Shown one piece after another: positions 51,113 to 61,676 of a DNA stretch of 64,000 bases. Position 1 is the stretch's first letter. The number at the start of each line of letters is the position of its first letter. The translations under genes were made by a program, and so were the position numbers. This stretch comes from Chlamydiales bacterium. Lineage in GTDB: Bacteria > Chlamydiota > Chlamydiia > Chlamydiales > JAAZZY01. The stretch is from assembly GCA_965206695.1 (NCBI GenBank), contig CBDBKM010000011.1, positions 32,001 through 96,000 on the forward strand. The letters are read 5' to 3'. The notes beneath the pieces are model-generated. The model saw only the letters and a program-made list of their open reading frames with translations. It searched no databases and was not told the origin of the DNA.

Positions 51113-51238
51113 AATAGATCAACTATCGTATGATTTCTTGAGTTATGTTAAAGTTGAGATTAAAGTACCTACCTTTAAAACAATAAAAAAGGATAAGCAT
51201 GATTAAGTGCAATTCCAAATTATAGTCTCAACATAAAT

Positions 51239-51720
51239 ATATACTCATTCACATTGGAAGCCGAACAGAATTGAATTCCGGCAATTGAAATGTATCATTA
51301 ATTCGTGTCTTAAGCTTGTCTCTTACAATCGAAATTTTGTATTTAACCCCCCAACTCAGTAGTCGTACGGCTTGGGATTGATCATCCGGATGTCCTGCAT
51401 CAAAAAAATAGATCTCCTCACTATTTTGAAGACTAGCTTTTAATGCTTCCTACTCTTTAATAAACGGTATCTGTTTCTCTAAGTCAAGCCTATCGGGGAC
51501 ATTAACAGGACTTTTGAAAACACAATGATGATGCTTTAGCCAAGATGTCACCTACCCTGTGCTGTAGGAAATTTTATATTGTTCTAAGACATACGCACAT
51601 ACATCCTTAACCCCTCTATAATAAGTGTATTGAGAAAGATGGTTCACTCGTTCTTTCGTTTGCAGTTTAGATCATTTACCGGCTGATCCTTCTTTGGTTT
51701 CATAGGGCTTTTTTACCTGA
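51239..51720 (-). pseudogene. IS630-C transposase remnant with right end
   Basis: SWLKHH..KSPVNVP, FFDAGHP, KLKTRIND; end TATACTCATTCACATTGGAAGCC shared with 56016-56116. Confidence 0.75.
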
Positions 51721-51930
51721 AATTTAAAAGTGCTTCTTTGATTTGGAGTTAATTGGCTTATACAATTTAAGCAAAGGAGGCGAGATAAAATGTCTTTTTA
51801 TCAACAAGATTGGGAAATTATAAAGCCCGCTATGACTTTAAATATGAAAAATATTTTGGCTATGTGTTAACACTATAATGCTATAAAAATAATTTTAATT
51901 ATACATGTGGCTCTACTAGAAAATCCCTAG

Positions 51931-51959
51931 TTGACAGAATCTAGCTAATGTTGCAAAAT
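51931..51959 (+). promoter_or_regulatory. Putative rpoD promoter
   Basis: TTGACA-N17-CAAAAT about 115 nt upstream of the ATG. Confidence 0.5.
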
Positions 51960-52074
51960 TCTGAATAACAATCATATATGAATGTATTTTAAACATATTA
52001 TCTCTCAAGCGAGGTAAGCCTTTTAGGATATAATCCTTTTAGGCTAAGTAACCTGTATGGTATTTCCCTAATCT

Positions 52075-53745
52075 ATGACTAGCCAATCCAATCTCAATCA
52101 AGCCTTCAGTCGTCAACATCAACAGAAGATTGAGGAGTTAATCTCCCTTGCTAAAGAGCAAGGTTTTATCACTTACGAAGAAATAAATGAGATCCTTCCG
52201 ATGTCTTTTGACTCTCCTGAACAGATAGATCAAGTTCTTATTTTCTTGAGTGGAATGGACATTCAGGTCTTGAATCAGTCCGAAGTAGAGCGCCAAAAAG
52301 AGAGAAAAAAAGAAGTTAAGGAAATAGAAGGATTAGCTCGTAAAGGAGAAGGCGGCACTCCTGATGATCCGGTTCGGATGTACCTAAAGGAAATGGGCTC
52401 GGTTCCTCTTTTAACAAGAGAAGAAGAGGTCGAAATATCCAAACGTATTGAAAAAGCTCAGATTCAAATTCAGCGTATTATTATGCGTTTTCGCTATTCT
52501 ACTAGAGAAGCAATTTCAATAGCTCATTACTTGATTAGCGGGAAAGAACGTTTTGATAAGATCATTCAAGAAAAAGAAATAACCGATAAAGCGCTATACC
52601 TTAAATTATCGCCTCGTCTTTGTGAGTTTCTTAAAGAGGAAGATAAAGTCTTACAAGGCTTATTAATTCAATTACGTCAGCCTAGCTTGAAAAAGTTAGA
52701 GAAGGTCAAAATTACTGATGAAATAGAAAAATGTCGTATTCGTACTCAAGCTTTCTTAAGACAATTTCATGCGCGTTATAACATCATTGAAGACTTCGGT
52801 GAAGTCATCCATACAGCTTACGATCGATTTTTAGTTTTAGAAAAAGAGATTAAGGATTTAACACCAAGAGCTGAACGAAATAAATTTGCAGCGGCTAAGC
52901 TTGCAACTGCAAAACGAAAACTTGAGAAACATGAGCTGGCTGCCGGGCGTACTCTTGATGAATTTAAAAAAGATGTCCGTATGTTGCAGCGTTGGATGGA
53001 CAAAAGTCAGGAAGCTAAACGTGAAATGGTTGAATCTAATTTACGTTTGGTTATTTCCATCGCAAAAAAATACACCAATAGAGGCCTTTCATTTTTAGAC
53101 CTGATCCAAGAAGGTAACATGGGTCTGATGAAGGCAGTTGAAAAGTTTGAATATCGAAGAGGATATAAATTTTCTACCTATGCTACTTGGTGGATTCGAC
53201 AAGCAGTGACTAGAGCTATTGCTGACCAGGCCAGAACAATTCGTATTCCGGTTCATATGATTGAAACGATAAATAAAGTATTGCGTGCTGCTAAGAAACT
53301 AATGATGGAAACGGGGAGAGAACCTACTCCGGAAGAATTAGCTGAAGAAGTGGGTATCACACCTGAGCGGGTGCGTGAGATTTATAAGATTGCTCAACAT
53401 CCTATTTCACTACAAGCCGAGGTCGGAGATGGAGGAGAAAGTCAATTTGGTGATTTTTTAGAAGATACAGCAGTTGAATCTCCTGCAGAAGCTACAGGCT
53501 ACTCAATCTTAAAAGATAAAATGAATGAAGTGTTAGACACCTTAACAGATCGAGAGCGGACGGTTCTTATTCAGCGTTTTGGTTTATTAGACGGCAAACC
53601 CAAAACACTCGAAGAAGTGGGGGTTGAATTTAATGTTACACGAGAGCGTATACGACAAATTGAAGCTAAGGCTTTAAGAAAGATGCGTCATCCCATTCGT
53701 TCTAAACAATTGCAGGCTTTCCTTGATCTATTAGAGACCGATTAA
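52075..53745 (+). CDS. rpoD: Primary sigma factor (sigma66)
   Basis: [46 protein letters not shown]. Confidence 0.98.
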   Translation: MTSQSNLNQAFSRQHQQKIEELISLAKEQGFITYEEINEILPMSFDSPEQIDQVLIFLSGMDIQVLNQSEVERQKERKKEVKEIEGLARKGEGGTPDDPVRMYLKEMGSVPLLTREEEVEISKRIEKAQIQIQRIIMRFRYSTREAISIAHYLISGKERFDKIIQEKEITDKALYLKLSPRLCEFLKEEDKVLQGLLIQLRQPSLKKLEKVKITDEIEKCRIRTQAFLRQFHARYNIIEDFGEVIHTAYDRFLVLEKEIKDLTPRAERNKFAAAKLATAKRKLEKHELAAGRTLDEFKKDVRMLQRWMDKSQEAKREMVESNLRLVISIAKKYTNRGLSFLDLIQEGNMGLMKAVEKFEYRRGYKFSTYATWWIRQAVTRAIADQARTIRIPVHMIETINKVLRAAKKLMMETGREPTPEELAEEVGITPERVREIYKIAQHPISLQAEVGDGGESQFGDFLEDTAVESPAEATGYSILKDKMNEVLDTLTDRERTVLIQRFGLLDGKPKTLEEVGVEFNVTRERIRQIEAKALRKMRHPIRSKQLQAFLDLLETD

Positions 53746-53770
53746 TCCATTAATTATTCTGTGAGGATGG

Positions 53771-56002
53771 ATGTCTGGTTCAAAAAAAATTGATTTGTTT
53801 TTAGATATTGAAGAATTATTACAATTTTTTCAAGAAGATGGACCTATCGCAACTATTCTTGATAGTTATGAAAAAAGAGATGAACAGTTAGAAATGATCA
53901 AAAAGGTGGTGGATACCTATAATGATTCTGCTATATCTTTAATTGAAGCGGGTACGGGAACCGGAAAGAGTTTAGCCTACCTTTTACCTGCCATTATGTG
54001 GGCCTTGAAGTTCAAAGAGAGAACCTTAGTTTCCACTCATACCATCACACTCCAAGAGCAATTAATTAACAAAGATATTCCTTTTATTGCTAAGGCATTA
54101 GGCTTAAATTTTAAAGCATGTTTAGTTAAGGGGATGGGAAATTACCTATGCCTACGTAAATTCAAGGATATAGTGAATGAACGTAAAACCTTTAGCCAAG
54201 AAAACCAAGAAGTCATTGATCAAATCGAAGAATGGTCATGCGATACGCCTGACGGATCTTCTTCAGACATACCCTTTAAAGTTCATGGTAGCATGTGGGA
54301 ACAGGTAAATGCTGAAGCGGATGCATGTGGTAATGTAAGGTGTCCTCAATATAAAGATTGTTTTTTCTTTAAAGCTAGAAAAGAAACTCGGGATGCTCAA
54401 ATCCTCGTTGTGAACCATCATCTTCTTTTTGCAGATTTAGCTTCCAGGCAAGAAGACCAATTTTCAAATGATTCGGGTATTCTACCTAATTATGATCATA
54501 TCATTCTAGATGAGGCGCATTCTCTTGAGGGAGTTGCTACCGAATCATTGGCAGAACATGTGTCACCTAGAATGCTTTCTCGGCTATTAGCAAGGCTGGG
54601 TACCGACAAAAACCGTCAACAAGGAAAATTACAAGCTTTAAAACGTAAGATACAAGATTATTATTCAGATCATATACCTGAAGAAGCGGAAAAAATAATT
54701 ATGCGAATCGATCTTGAGCTAATTCCGGGTCGGCGTAATGTTTTAGATCAACTGGCTCAGCTTTTTCAAGAAATCGATGATTTTGCGATGCAGTTTTTAG
54801 AAGTTAAAACAGATGCTAAAGAAGGTAAGCAACATCGAATAAAAAAAATTAGAATGCTTGAGAAACATTATCAAAATAAAAGCTGGATACAGAATGTTCA
54901 ACCTCTAGTAGAAGGTACGATTGCTACTTTAAGAAACTATCAGCAATTGATTCTAGGTCTTGAACAATCAATAAAATTGTTTTTAGATGATAAACTTGAT
55001 AATAAAACAGGGGGTATTAGGTTAGATATTCAGACTGTAGGAAATCGATTAGAGTATATCTGTGACACTTTAAAAAGGTTTAGCTTTAAAGAAACTACTG
55101 AAATAGAAGATGTCCGCTGGATAGAGATGGAAAAAAACAATCCTTTTTCTATCGATTTAAAAATTGCTGTGCTCAATATAAACAATCTTCTGGTCGATAT
55201 TTTATTTCAGCGCTTTAGCTCTTTTGTTTTATGTAGCGCTACTTTAACTACCAATAAATCATTTAATTTCATCAAAAAACGTTTAGGAATTACATCTGAT
55301 TTACTTGGTGATCGGAAGATCAATAGTATCATATTGGACTCACCTTTTAATTATCAGGAGCAAGTATTAATGGTTGTTCCTAATGATTTACCTCTTCCTA
55401 ATGATCCCGCTTTTATTCCAAGGAGTTGTGAAGAAGTCTATCAAGCAATACTTGCAAGTAGGGGAAATGCTTTTATTCTTTTTACTTCCTATGGATTACT
55501 TAGTCTTTTTTATCAAAATTTGAAAAATCGTCTAGTTGACAAAGGATTTCATTTATTTAAACAAGGTGATGCAGGCAGGCATTTGCTATTAGAAAAATTT
55601 CGAGAAGAAGAGCAGTCTGTTTTATTTGGTACAGATACGTTTTGGGAGGGTGTTGATGTGGTAGGAGATGCTCTTCGACTGGTTATTATTACAAAGCTTC
55701 CTTTTCAAGTACCTAGTGAGCCTGTTATTCAAGCAAGATGTGAAAAATTAATAGATGAAGGAAAAGATCCTTTTTTTGAATACGCCGTTCCCAATGCCAT
55801 TGTTAAATTTAAGCAAGGTTTTGGCCGTCTTATCAGAAATAAAAATGATAAGGGGTGTATTTTCTGTTTAGATGCTAGGTTGATATCAAAACCCTATGGG
55901 AAGCTCTTCTTAAGAAGTCTACCGCCATGTAGAAGCAGCTTTTTAAAAGTAGAAGAACTAAAAGAAAAAATGCGTGCTTTTTTTGACAGCTCTCAACCCT
56001 AA
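53771..56002 (+). CDS. dinG: DinG/YoaA family ATP-dependent helicase
   Basis: EAGTGTGKS, Fe-S cysteines, DEAH, SATL, FWEGVD, QGFGRLIR. Confidence 0.92.
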   Translation: MSGSKKIDLFLDIEELLQFFQEDGPIATILDSYEKRDEQLEMIKKVVDTYNDSAISLIEAGTGTGKSLAYLLPAIMWALKFKERTLVSTHTITLQEQLINKDIPFIAKALGLNFKACLVKGMGNYLCLRKFKDIVNERKTFSQENQEVIDQIEEWSCDTPDGSSSDIPFKVHGSMWEQVNAEADACGNVRCPQYKDCFFFKARKETRDAQILVVNHHLLFADLASRQEDQFSNDSGILPNYDHIILDEAHSLEGVATESLAEHVSPRMLSRLLARLGTDKNRQQGKLQALKRKIQDYYSDHIPEEAEKIIMRIDLELIPGRRNVLDQLAQLFQEIDDFAMQFLEVKTDAKEGKQHRIKKIRMLEKHYQNKSWIQNVQPLVEGTIATLRNYQQLILGLEQSIKLFLDDKLDNKTGGIRLDIQTVGNRLEYICDTLKRFSFKETTEIEDVRWIEMEKNNPFSIDLKIAVLNINNLLVDILFQRFSSFVLCSATLTTNKSFNFIKKRLGITSDLLGDRKINSIILDSPFNYQEQVLMVVPNDLPLPNDPAFIPRSCEEVYQAILASRGNAFILFTSYGLLSLFYQNLKNRLVDKGFHLFKQGDAGRHLLLEKFREEEQSVLFGTDTFWEGVDVVGDALRLVIITKLPFQVPSEPVIQARCEKLIDEGKDPFFEYAVPNAIVKFKQGFGRLIRNKNDKGCIFCLDARLISKPYGKLFLRSLPPCRSSFLKVEELKEKMRAFFDSSQP

Positions 56003-56015
56003 AGGGAAAGGATTC

Positions 56016-56116
56016 CTCATTCACATTGGAAGCCGGACAAGCTTAAGACACGAATTAATGATAAATTTCAAGTGCCGGAACTCAATCCTGTCCGGCTTCC
56101 AATGTGAATGAGTATA
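56016..56116. mobile_element. About 100-bp IS630-C-derived mini-element (MITE)
   Basis: Perfect 24-bp inverted repeat CTCATTCACATTGGAAGCCGGACA; interior encodes the transposase C-terminus KTRINDKFQV. Confidence 0.8.
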
Positions 56117-56188
56117 TACAAAATCAAAAAAAACAAGTAGACGCTATCATCCCAATGCTAAAGCAAAGGGTTTTCTCGCTTAATTGTC
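56113..56188 (-). mobile_element. IS200/IS605 left end plus last tnpA codons (fragment 3)
   Basis: Near-copy of 24620-24694, preceded by TTTAT on the minus strand. Confidence 0.85.
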
Positions 56189-56195
56189 ATAAAGT

Positions 56196-56268
56196 TGGAG
56201 CGTAACGGGGTTGAACCGTTGACCTCAACAATGCCATTGTTGCGCTCTACCAACTGAGCTAACGCCCC
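56196..56268 (-). tRNA. tRNA-Ala(GGC)
   Basis: GGGGCGTTAGCTCAGTTGGTAGAGCGCAACAATGGCATTGTTGAGGTCAACGGTTCAACCCCGTTACGCTCCA cloverleaf; G3:U70 pair. Confidence 0.97.
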
Positions 56269-56327
56269 CAAAAAGAACACCATTGTAAAGAGAACAAAGA
56301 TTTGCTTCAAGGGCAATAGAATAGGGT

Positions 56328-56849
56328 TTAATTTTCCATATTAGCCTGAAAAGTTGCAAAAGGCGCAGGCTTTTCTGCGGGTTCTTCTTTCTCCCTTTGT
56401 GGAAATAGTGGCTTAAATCCAAAATAAATAAGAGGAACAGAAGCAAAGAGATACATAAACCAGTATTTAGCATCAAATGTAAGTGTTAAAACACCATCAT
56501 AAGCGAATAAGAATAAAGCGATACCGAATAGAAATAATACCGAACCGGGAAGTAAAAGAATTAAAGGGGTTAAGGAAAGGGAGCTTTCACTTTCAATCGA
56601 TGAATATTCTTGATTATTAAAATTTTCTTCTTTTTCAAAACCATCCTTATTTTCTTCATCGATAATATTTTCCAATTGAGAGTAAGGAGGAGGAATATGA
56701 CTTTCTAATTCATCCTGAGCAGTGTGTTGGTTTTCAGGCACATCTTCTCCCGAAGAAGGGCTTAAATCAACACCGCAATAAGGGCATTGCAATTCATAGA
56801 TATGAACATACCCTTCACAATTCCAACAGATTTTTTTATGTCCCTTCAT
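56328..56849 (-). CDS. Chlamydial zinc-ribbon membrane protein (CT556-like)
   Basis: CWNC..CPYC, two TM helices, divergent from lpdA. Confidence 0.85.
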   Translation of the reverse strand: MKGHKKICWNCEGYVHIYELQCPYCGVDLSPSSGEDVPENQHTAQDELESHIPPPYSQLENIIDEENKDGFEKEENFNNQEYSSIESESSLSLTPLILLLPGSVLFLFGIALFLFAYDGVLTLTFDAKYWFMYLFASVPLIYFGFKPLFPQREKEEPAEKPAPFATFQANMEN

Positions 56850-57130
56850 ATGTTATCCTCCTAATTTAAGGAATAAAGATTCTATGTCGAATATATCATT
56901 TTCTTGCAAGATTCTTTTTTAAAAGACTCTTTATAAGAAGTAAACACGAGAATTAATAGAATCACTCTAATATTCTTCTTTCTTGTTCTTTTTTTCATTA
57001 AGCTCTAGACTATATGCTATATCCATATATATTATCGAATGCTTGCTTAATCCGGATTACTTATTTATATTATTGATAAGCAAAATTATAATAGATTAAC
57101 TTTATAAAAAACAGTTAAGGGCGTATTTCT

Positions 57131-58525
57131 ATGGAAAATTTTGACGTTACGGTACTTGGAGGCGGGCCCGGTGGCTATGTCGCTGCTATTAGAGCAGCTC
57201 AACATACTGATTCCGTTGCTTTAATCGAAGCAAATGAAATGGGGGGAACCTGTCTTAATCGGGGCTGTATTCCTTCAAAAACATTATTGGCAAATGCGAG
57301 CTTATTGCATAAAATCAAGCATGCGAGTTTATACGGTATTCATATAGGAAATATTTCATTTAACTATCTTGAAATGGTGAATCGCAAGGATGAAGTCGTT
57401 CAAAAAATTCGCACCAGCCTAGAAGCTCTTATTAAAGCTAATAAAATTAAAATTTTTAATGGTTTTGGTAAGCTTATTTCTCCGAACGAAATCAAAATAT
57501 CCGGAAATGATAATGAGATTATAAGTGCGGATAAAATCATTATTGCTACAGGATCAGAGCCCAGAGAAATCCCGGCATTTCCTTTTGATCATCAGCAAAT
57601 TCATGACTCGACATCAATCCTCAATATGAAAAATTTACCTAAAAACCTGGCTATAGTAGGTGGAGGGGTTATTGGCTGTGAATTCGCTTCCCTCTTCCAT
57701 GAATTGGATGTTGAAGTTACCATTTTAGAAACTCTCCCTTCAATTATTAGTATGGAAGGCATTGATCTTTCAAAAGCGCTTACCGAAAGTTTTACAAAAC
57801 GAGGGATTAACATTCTTACTAATGCTTTTGTTGAAGGGATAGATAAAGAGACTAATGGCCTTACAATCAGGTTAAAGGATAATGAACCTATAGTAGTTGC
57901 TAAAGCTTTAGTAGCTGTTGGTCGACAATTAAATACGGATGGTATAGGACTTGAAGTAGCGGGTGTATATGTCAATGAACAAGGCGTGATCCCCGTTAAT
58001 GAAAAGATGGAGACAAATGTTCCCGGTATTTATGCCATTGGAGATATTACAGCGAAATGGATGCTAGCCCATGTAGCTTCTCATCAAGGAATGATTGCTG
58101 CTGACAATGCGTGTGGTTTGAATGCCCGGATGCATTATGACGCTGTTCCATCAGTGACATTTACTCATCCGGAAGTTGCTTCGGTTGGGTGGACACCTGA
58201 AAAATCTAAAGAGATGGGGTATACTATTAAAATTAGCAAATTCCCATTCATGGCTTTAGGTAAATCTCAGGCAGCAATAGAGACGGAAGGGTTTGTTCAA
58301 ATTGTATCGGAGCCTTCAACAGGGAAAATATTAGGTGCTCAAGTGATAGGTCATGAAGCCTCTTCCTTAATTGCTCAATTAACGTTAGCGAAAAATAACG
58401 AGCTAACTATCGATTGCATTACTGAAACGATCCATGCTCATCCTACAATTGCCGAAGCTTGGTTAGAAGCTGCTCTTTTAGCTAATGATATCCCAATCCA
58501 CTTTCCCCCTATAAAAAAACAGTAG
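57131..58525 (+). CDS. lpdA: Dihydrolipoyl dehydrogenase
   Basis: GGGPGG, GGTCLNRGCIPSK, HAHPTIAE. Confidence 0.97.
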   Translation: MENFDVTVLGGGPGGYVAAIRAAQHTDSVALIEANEMGGTCLNRGCIPSKTLLANASLLHKIKHASLYGIHIGNISFNYLEMVNRKDEVVQKIRTSLEALIKANKIKIFNGFGKLISPNEIKISGNDNEIISADKIIIATGSEPREIPAFPFDHQQIHDSTSILNMKNLPKNLAIVGGGVIGCEFASLFHELDVEVTILETLPSIISMEGIDLSKALTESFTKRGINILTNAFVEGIDKETNGLTIRLKDNEPIVVAKALVAVGRQLNTDGIGLEVAGVYVNEQGVIPVNEKMETNVPGIYAIGDITAKWMLAHVASHQGMIAADNACGLNARMHYDAVPSVTFTHPEVASVGWTPEKSKEMGYTIKISKFPFMALGKSQAAIETEGFVQIVSEPSTGKILGAQVIGHEASSLIAQLTLAKNNELTIDCITETIHAHPTIAEAWLEAALLANDIPIHFPPIKKQ

Positions 58526-58529
58526 GATA

Positions 58530-59501
58530 ATGATGACGAATCAAGAATTATTCGATAATAAACCTAAAGTAAAACGAAAAAAATTAAATGTTTTACCCCC
58601 GAATCCTCAAGTACGCGATACGGATAAGGCTGTAGGACCCGGGCGTTTCCCTTCTTGGTTGCATCGGAAATTACCAAGAGGAGGCAACCTGTGGGAGACA
58701 AATCGAATATTAGATGAAGATCACCTGCCTACGGTATGTGAAGAGGCAAAGTGTCCCAATCTTTTGGAATGTTATTCAAAAAAGACAGCAACATTTCTGG
58801 TTTTTGGTAGCGAATGTACCCGCAGTTGTGGGTTTTGTGATATTGATCATAATAAAAAACCTAAACAGCCGGATGCTAGAGAACCCGGGCAGGTTGCTTT
58901 AGCTGCTAAACGGCTAGGGTTGAAACATATTGTTATTACCATGGTAGCTCGTGATGATTTAAAAGATGGTGGTGCTAAGCAGCTGGTTCTTATTATGGAT
59001 GAAGTCAGAGAACAAAATCCCGAATGTACAATTGAAATACTTACTTCGGATTTTGAAGGTAATGAAGAGGCTTTAGACATTATAATCGATGCAAAACCTG
59101 ATATCTTTAATCATAATATTGAAACAGCAGAAGAGTTAACTCCTAGAGTTCGTCATAAAGCAACCTATTCAAGGACATTACATGTTTTAAGATATGTTAA
59201 AGAAAAAAATCCGTATCTCGTGATTAAATCAGGGATCATGGTAGGACTTGGAGAAACAGAAGAACAAGTAAAAGCTACGATAGACGATTTACATCATGTT
59301 GGATGTAGTGTTGTAACTATAGGGCAATATTTACAACCCGATTCTAAAAAATTACGCGTAAAATCATTTGTAACGCCTCAGCAATTTAAAGCTTATGAAG
59401 ATTATGGACATAGCATAGGGATTAACCAGATGTATTGTGGTCCTTTTGTACGTTCAAGTTATAATGCTGATTTAATACAAAGAAGAATAAAATCAATTTA
59501 A
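58530..59501 (+). CDS. lipA: Lipoyl synthase
   Basis: CEEAKCPNLLEC, CTRSCGFC, VRSSY. Confidence 0.97.
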   Translation: MMTNQELFDNKPKVKRKKLNVLPPNPQVRDTDKAVGPGRFPSWLHRKLPRGGNLWETNRILDEDHLPTVCEEAKCPNLLECYSKKTATFLVFGSECTRSCGFCDIDHNKKPKQPDAREPGQVALAAKRLGLKHIVITMVARDDLKDGGAKQLVLIMDEVREQNPECTIEILTSDFEGNEEALDIIIDAKPDIFNHNIETAEELTPRVRHKATYSRTLHVLRYVKEKNPYLVIKSGIMVGLGETEEQVKATIDDLHHVGCSVVTIGQYLQPDSKKLRVKSFVTPQQFKAYEDYGHSIGINQMYCGPFVRSSYNADLIQRRIKSI

Positions 59502-59514
59502 AATAGAGAAAAAA

Positions 59515-60516
59515 ATGGATTCTGAAAAACGCTCTTTTCATGATATATTATATTTAGTTAATCGACAAATAAAAGGGGAAGATGAGGCTGATTTGGAACT
59601 TGATGAAGATTCCTTTTTAGAGCAAGAACACACACCATTAGTTGATTCAGTTTATAATGAAATTCTCATGCATCGTGATATCCATTTTGGTTGTCAATTT
59701 GAAGCAATGCTTGAATATTATCGAAATGGCGGGAAAGGCATTCAATCTCAAATTACTGAAGAGTTAATCCAAACTGCTTGGGATTTTGAAAGCGAGTCGG
59801 ATCAAAATCTTGCTCCGGTGTTATTATCTGTTACTGAAATAGAAAGAGTTATCGAAGCGAAAGCCTTGTATGACAATTTACGTAAGTTATATGAAGAAGA
59901 ATATTCTAAAAATGTTATCCCACGACTTATTGCGGATCTGATTCTATCCGAGGAGGAAGAACCTCAAGCGGAAATGGAAGCTTTAATAGAACAGGGTATT
60001 GATAGCGTTCCTTACCTTTTAGAACTCGTGCGTGCAGATCATTTTTATGATCCTTTTTTCCCGGGCTATGGCCTGGCCCCCATGTATGCTGCTGAATGTT
60101 TAGGTGAAATTAAAGATGAAAGAGCTATTACCCCTTTGTTTGAAATGTTAGGGAAAGAATCCTTCTTTTTGGAAGAGGCTGTTCTTAGTGCTTTACAAAA
60201 GATGGGCTCCATTACTAAAAATTTTCTGATCATGGTTTTAACCAATAGGCCTATGACGTTGGATAATGAACAAGCAGCGATTGCTTTATCACATTTCAGT
60301 AAAGATAAAGATGTGGCTATCATTGCGCTGGAGCAGCTTAAAGATCCTGCTGTATTACAAAATGTATCAATGTCTGTTCATCTTATCTTGTTATGTAGAG
60401 GCTTAGTGGAAGAAGAGCATAAAAAAACTTTTGATCAAATCACAAAGTCTTCGTCTTATCCGGAAGTTTTACGAGCAGACTTCGAATTTGCATCCAAATA
60501 TTTTAGCTCTTGTTAG
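59515..60516 (+). CDS. Hypothetical acidic protein with HEAT-like repeats
   Basis: AAECLGEIKDERAITPL..AVLSALQKMG. Confidence 0.8.
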   Translation: MDSEKRSFHDILYLVNRQIKGEDEADLELDEDSFLEQEHTPLVDSVYNEILMHRDIHFGCQFEAMLEYYRNGGKGIQSQITEELIQTAWDFESESDQNLAPVLLSVTEIERVIEAKALYDNLRKLYEEEYSKNVIPRLIADLILSEEEEPQAEMEALIEQGIDSVPYLLELVRADHFYDPFFPGYGLAPMYAAECLGEIKDERAITPLFEMLGKESFFLEEAVLSALQKMGSITKNFLIMVLTNRPMTLDNEQAAIALSHFSKDKDVAIIALEQLKDPAVLQNVSMSVHLILLCRGLVEEEHKKTFDQITKSSSYPEVLRADFEFASKYFSSC

Positions 60517-61438
60517 TAGGTAAGGCTCTACTAAGTTTACCTTCTTTGATCTCTTCTTGATGAAAGACACACAAACTAAAGAACAAAATTACCAGGCTCA
60601 ACCAAAGTTGCCATGGGATGGTTTCCTTTAAGAAAAACCAACCGAACATTGAAGCAAAAATTGCTGTGGAAAACCCGGCAAAGGCCATAAAGGTCGCTGT
60701 GTAGCGTTTCAATAAAAAGCCATATAAATTATAGGCTAATAAGTTTGAAATGATAAGCATGGCGATAGCGGTTTCAAGAAATGGCCCCCATTTAAAAACC
60801 GGTACAGGATTCCAATTTTCAACCAGTAAAGAATGGATAAGAGTAAAAACACCTCCTACAAACATGCTAAATCCTGTAACCATAAAAACACTGATCTTGT
60901 TATGGGTTACAGTTTGACGGATAAGTATCCAACCGTAAACAGATGTAGTAGCTGCGATTAAAAGAGCGATTGAAGGCCAAGAAAGATTAAAAAAAGAACC
61001 TATAGCTTCTTCTTTTGCCGTTTGTACCATTAAAATAGGAATAAGACCCAAAAATCCGGCTATTAACCCGAACCATTTTTTTTGTGTCATTTTTTCTGAA
61101 AGCACAAGAAATGAGAGTAGGGCTGAAATAAAGGGAGATATACTATAAAGGAAGCATGTCTTCGCAGAAGTCAGATATTGCAGCCCCCAAAATTCACAAA
61201 CATTTGTAATATAAATACTAAAAAATGCAATCAGTAGAAGCTTGAAAATAATAGATTTACCTAACTTAAAAGAGCCGGGATTTTTAATTAATTGAAAAAC
61301 CAACATTAAAAAACCCGCAACGGTCATACGCGAGCCGATAATAAAAAAAGGCTGTGCATATTCTAAAGAAACTTTTCCAATGGTAAAAATACTAGCAAAA
61401 AGAGCGTAAAGTAAAAATACTAAATACATTTTGATCAC
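60503..61438 (-). CDS. DMT/EamA family transporter
   Basis: About 10 TM helices, SISPF..LSEK and FLKETI EamA repeat signatures. Confidence 0.9.
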   Translation of the reverse strand: MIKMYLVFLLYALFASIFTIGKVSLEYAQPFFIIGSRMTVAGFLMLVFQLIKNPGSFKLGKSIIFKLLLIAFFSIYITNVCEFWGLQYLTSAKTCFLYSISPFISALLSFLVLSEKMTQKKWFGLIAGFLGLIPILMVQTAKEEAIGSFFNLSWPSIALLIAATTSVYGWILIRQTVTHNKISVFMVTGFSMFVGGVFTLIHSLLVENWNPVPVFKWGPFLETAIAMLIISNLLAYNLYGFLLKRYTATFMAFAGFSTAIFASMFGWFFLKETIPWQLWLSLVILFFSLCVFHQEEIKEGKLSRALPTNKS

Positions 61439-61676
61439 AACTAAATTTTATGAAAACGGATTATACCCATATCCTCTTAATTGACTCAATCACTTTCTGT
61501 TCGATAAAGTATAAATAACTAAAAATGAAAGAAATAATTTTAATGACAAATGAAATCCGGATAGTCTTAAACATTTATCATAAATACTATTTAGATATAA
61601 AAGGACGGTGTGCTATAGATACGTGATTAAATTTTTATATTTAAAACAATCACATTATAAAACTCTGCTATGACAA

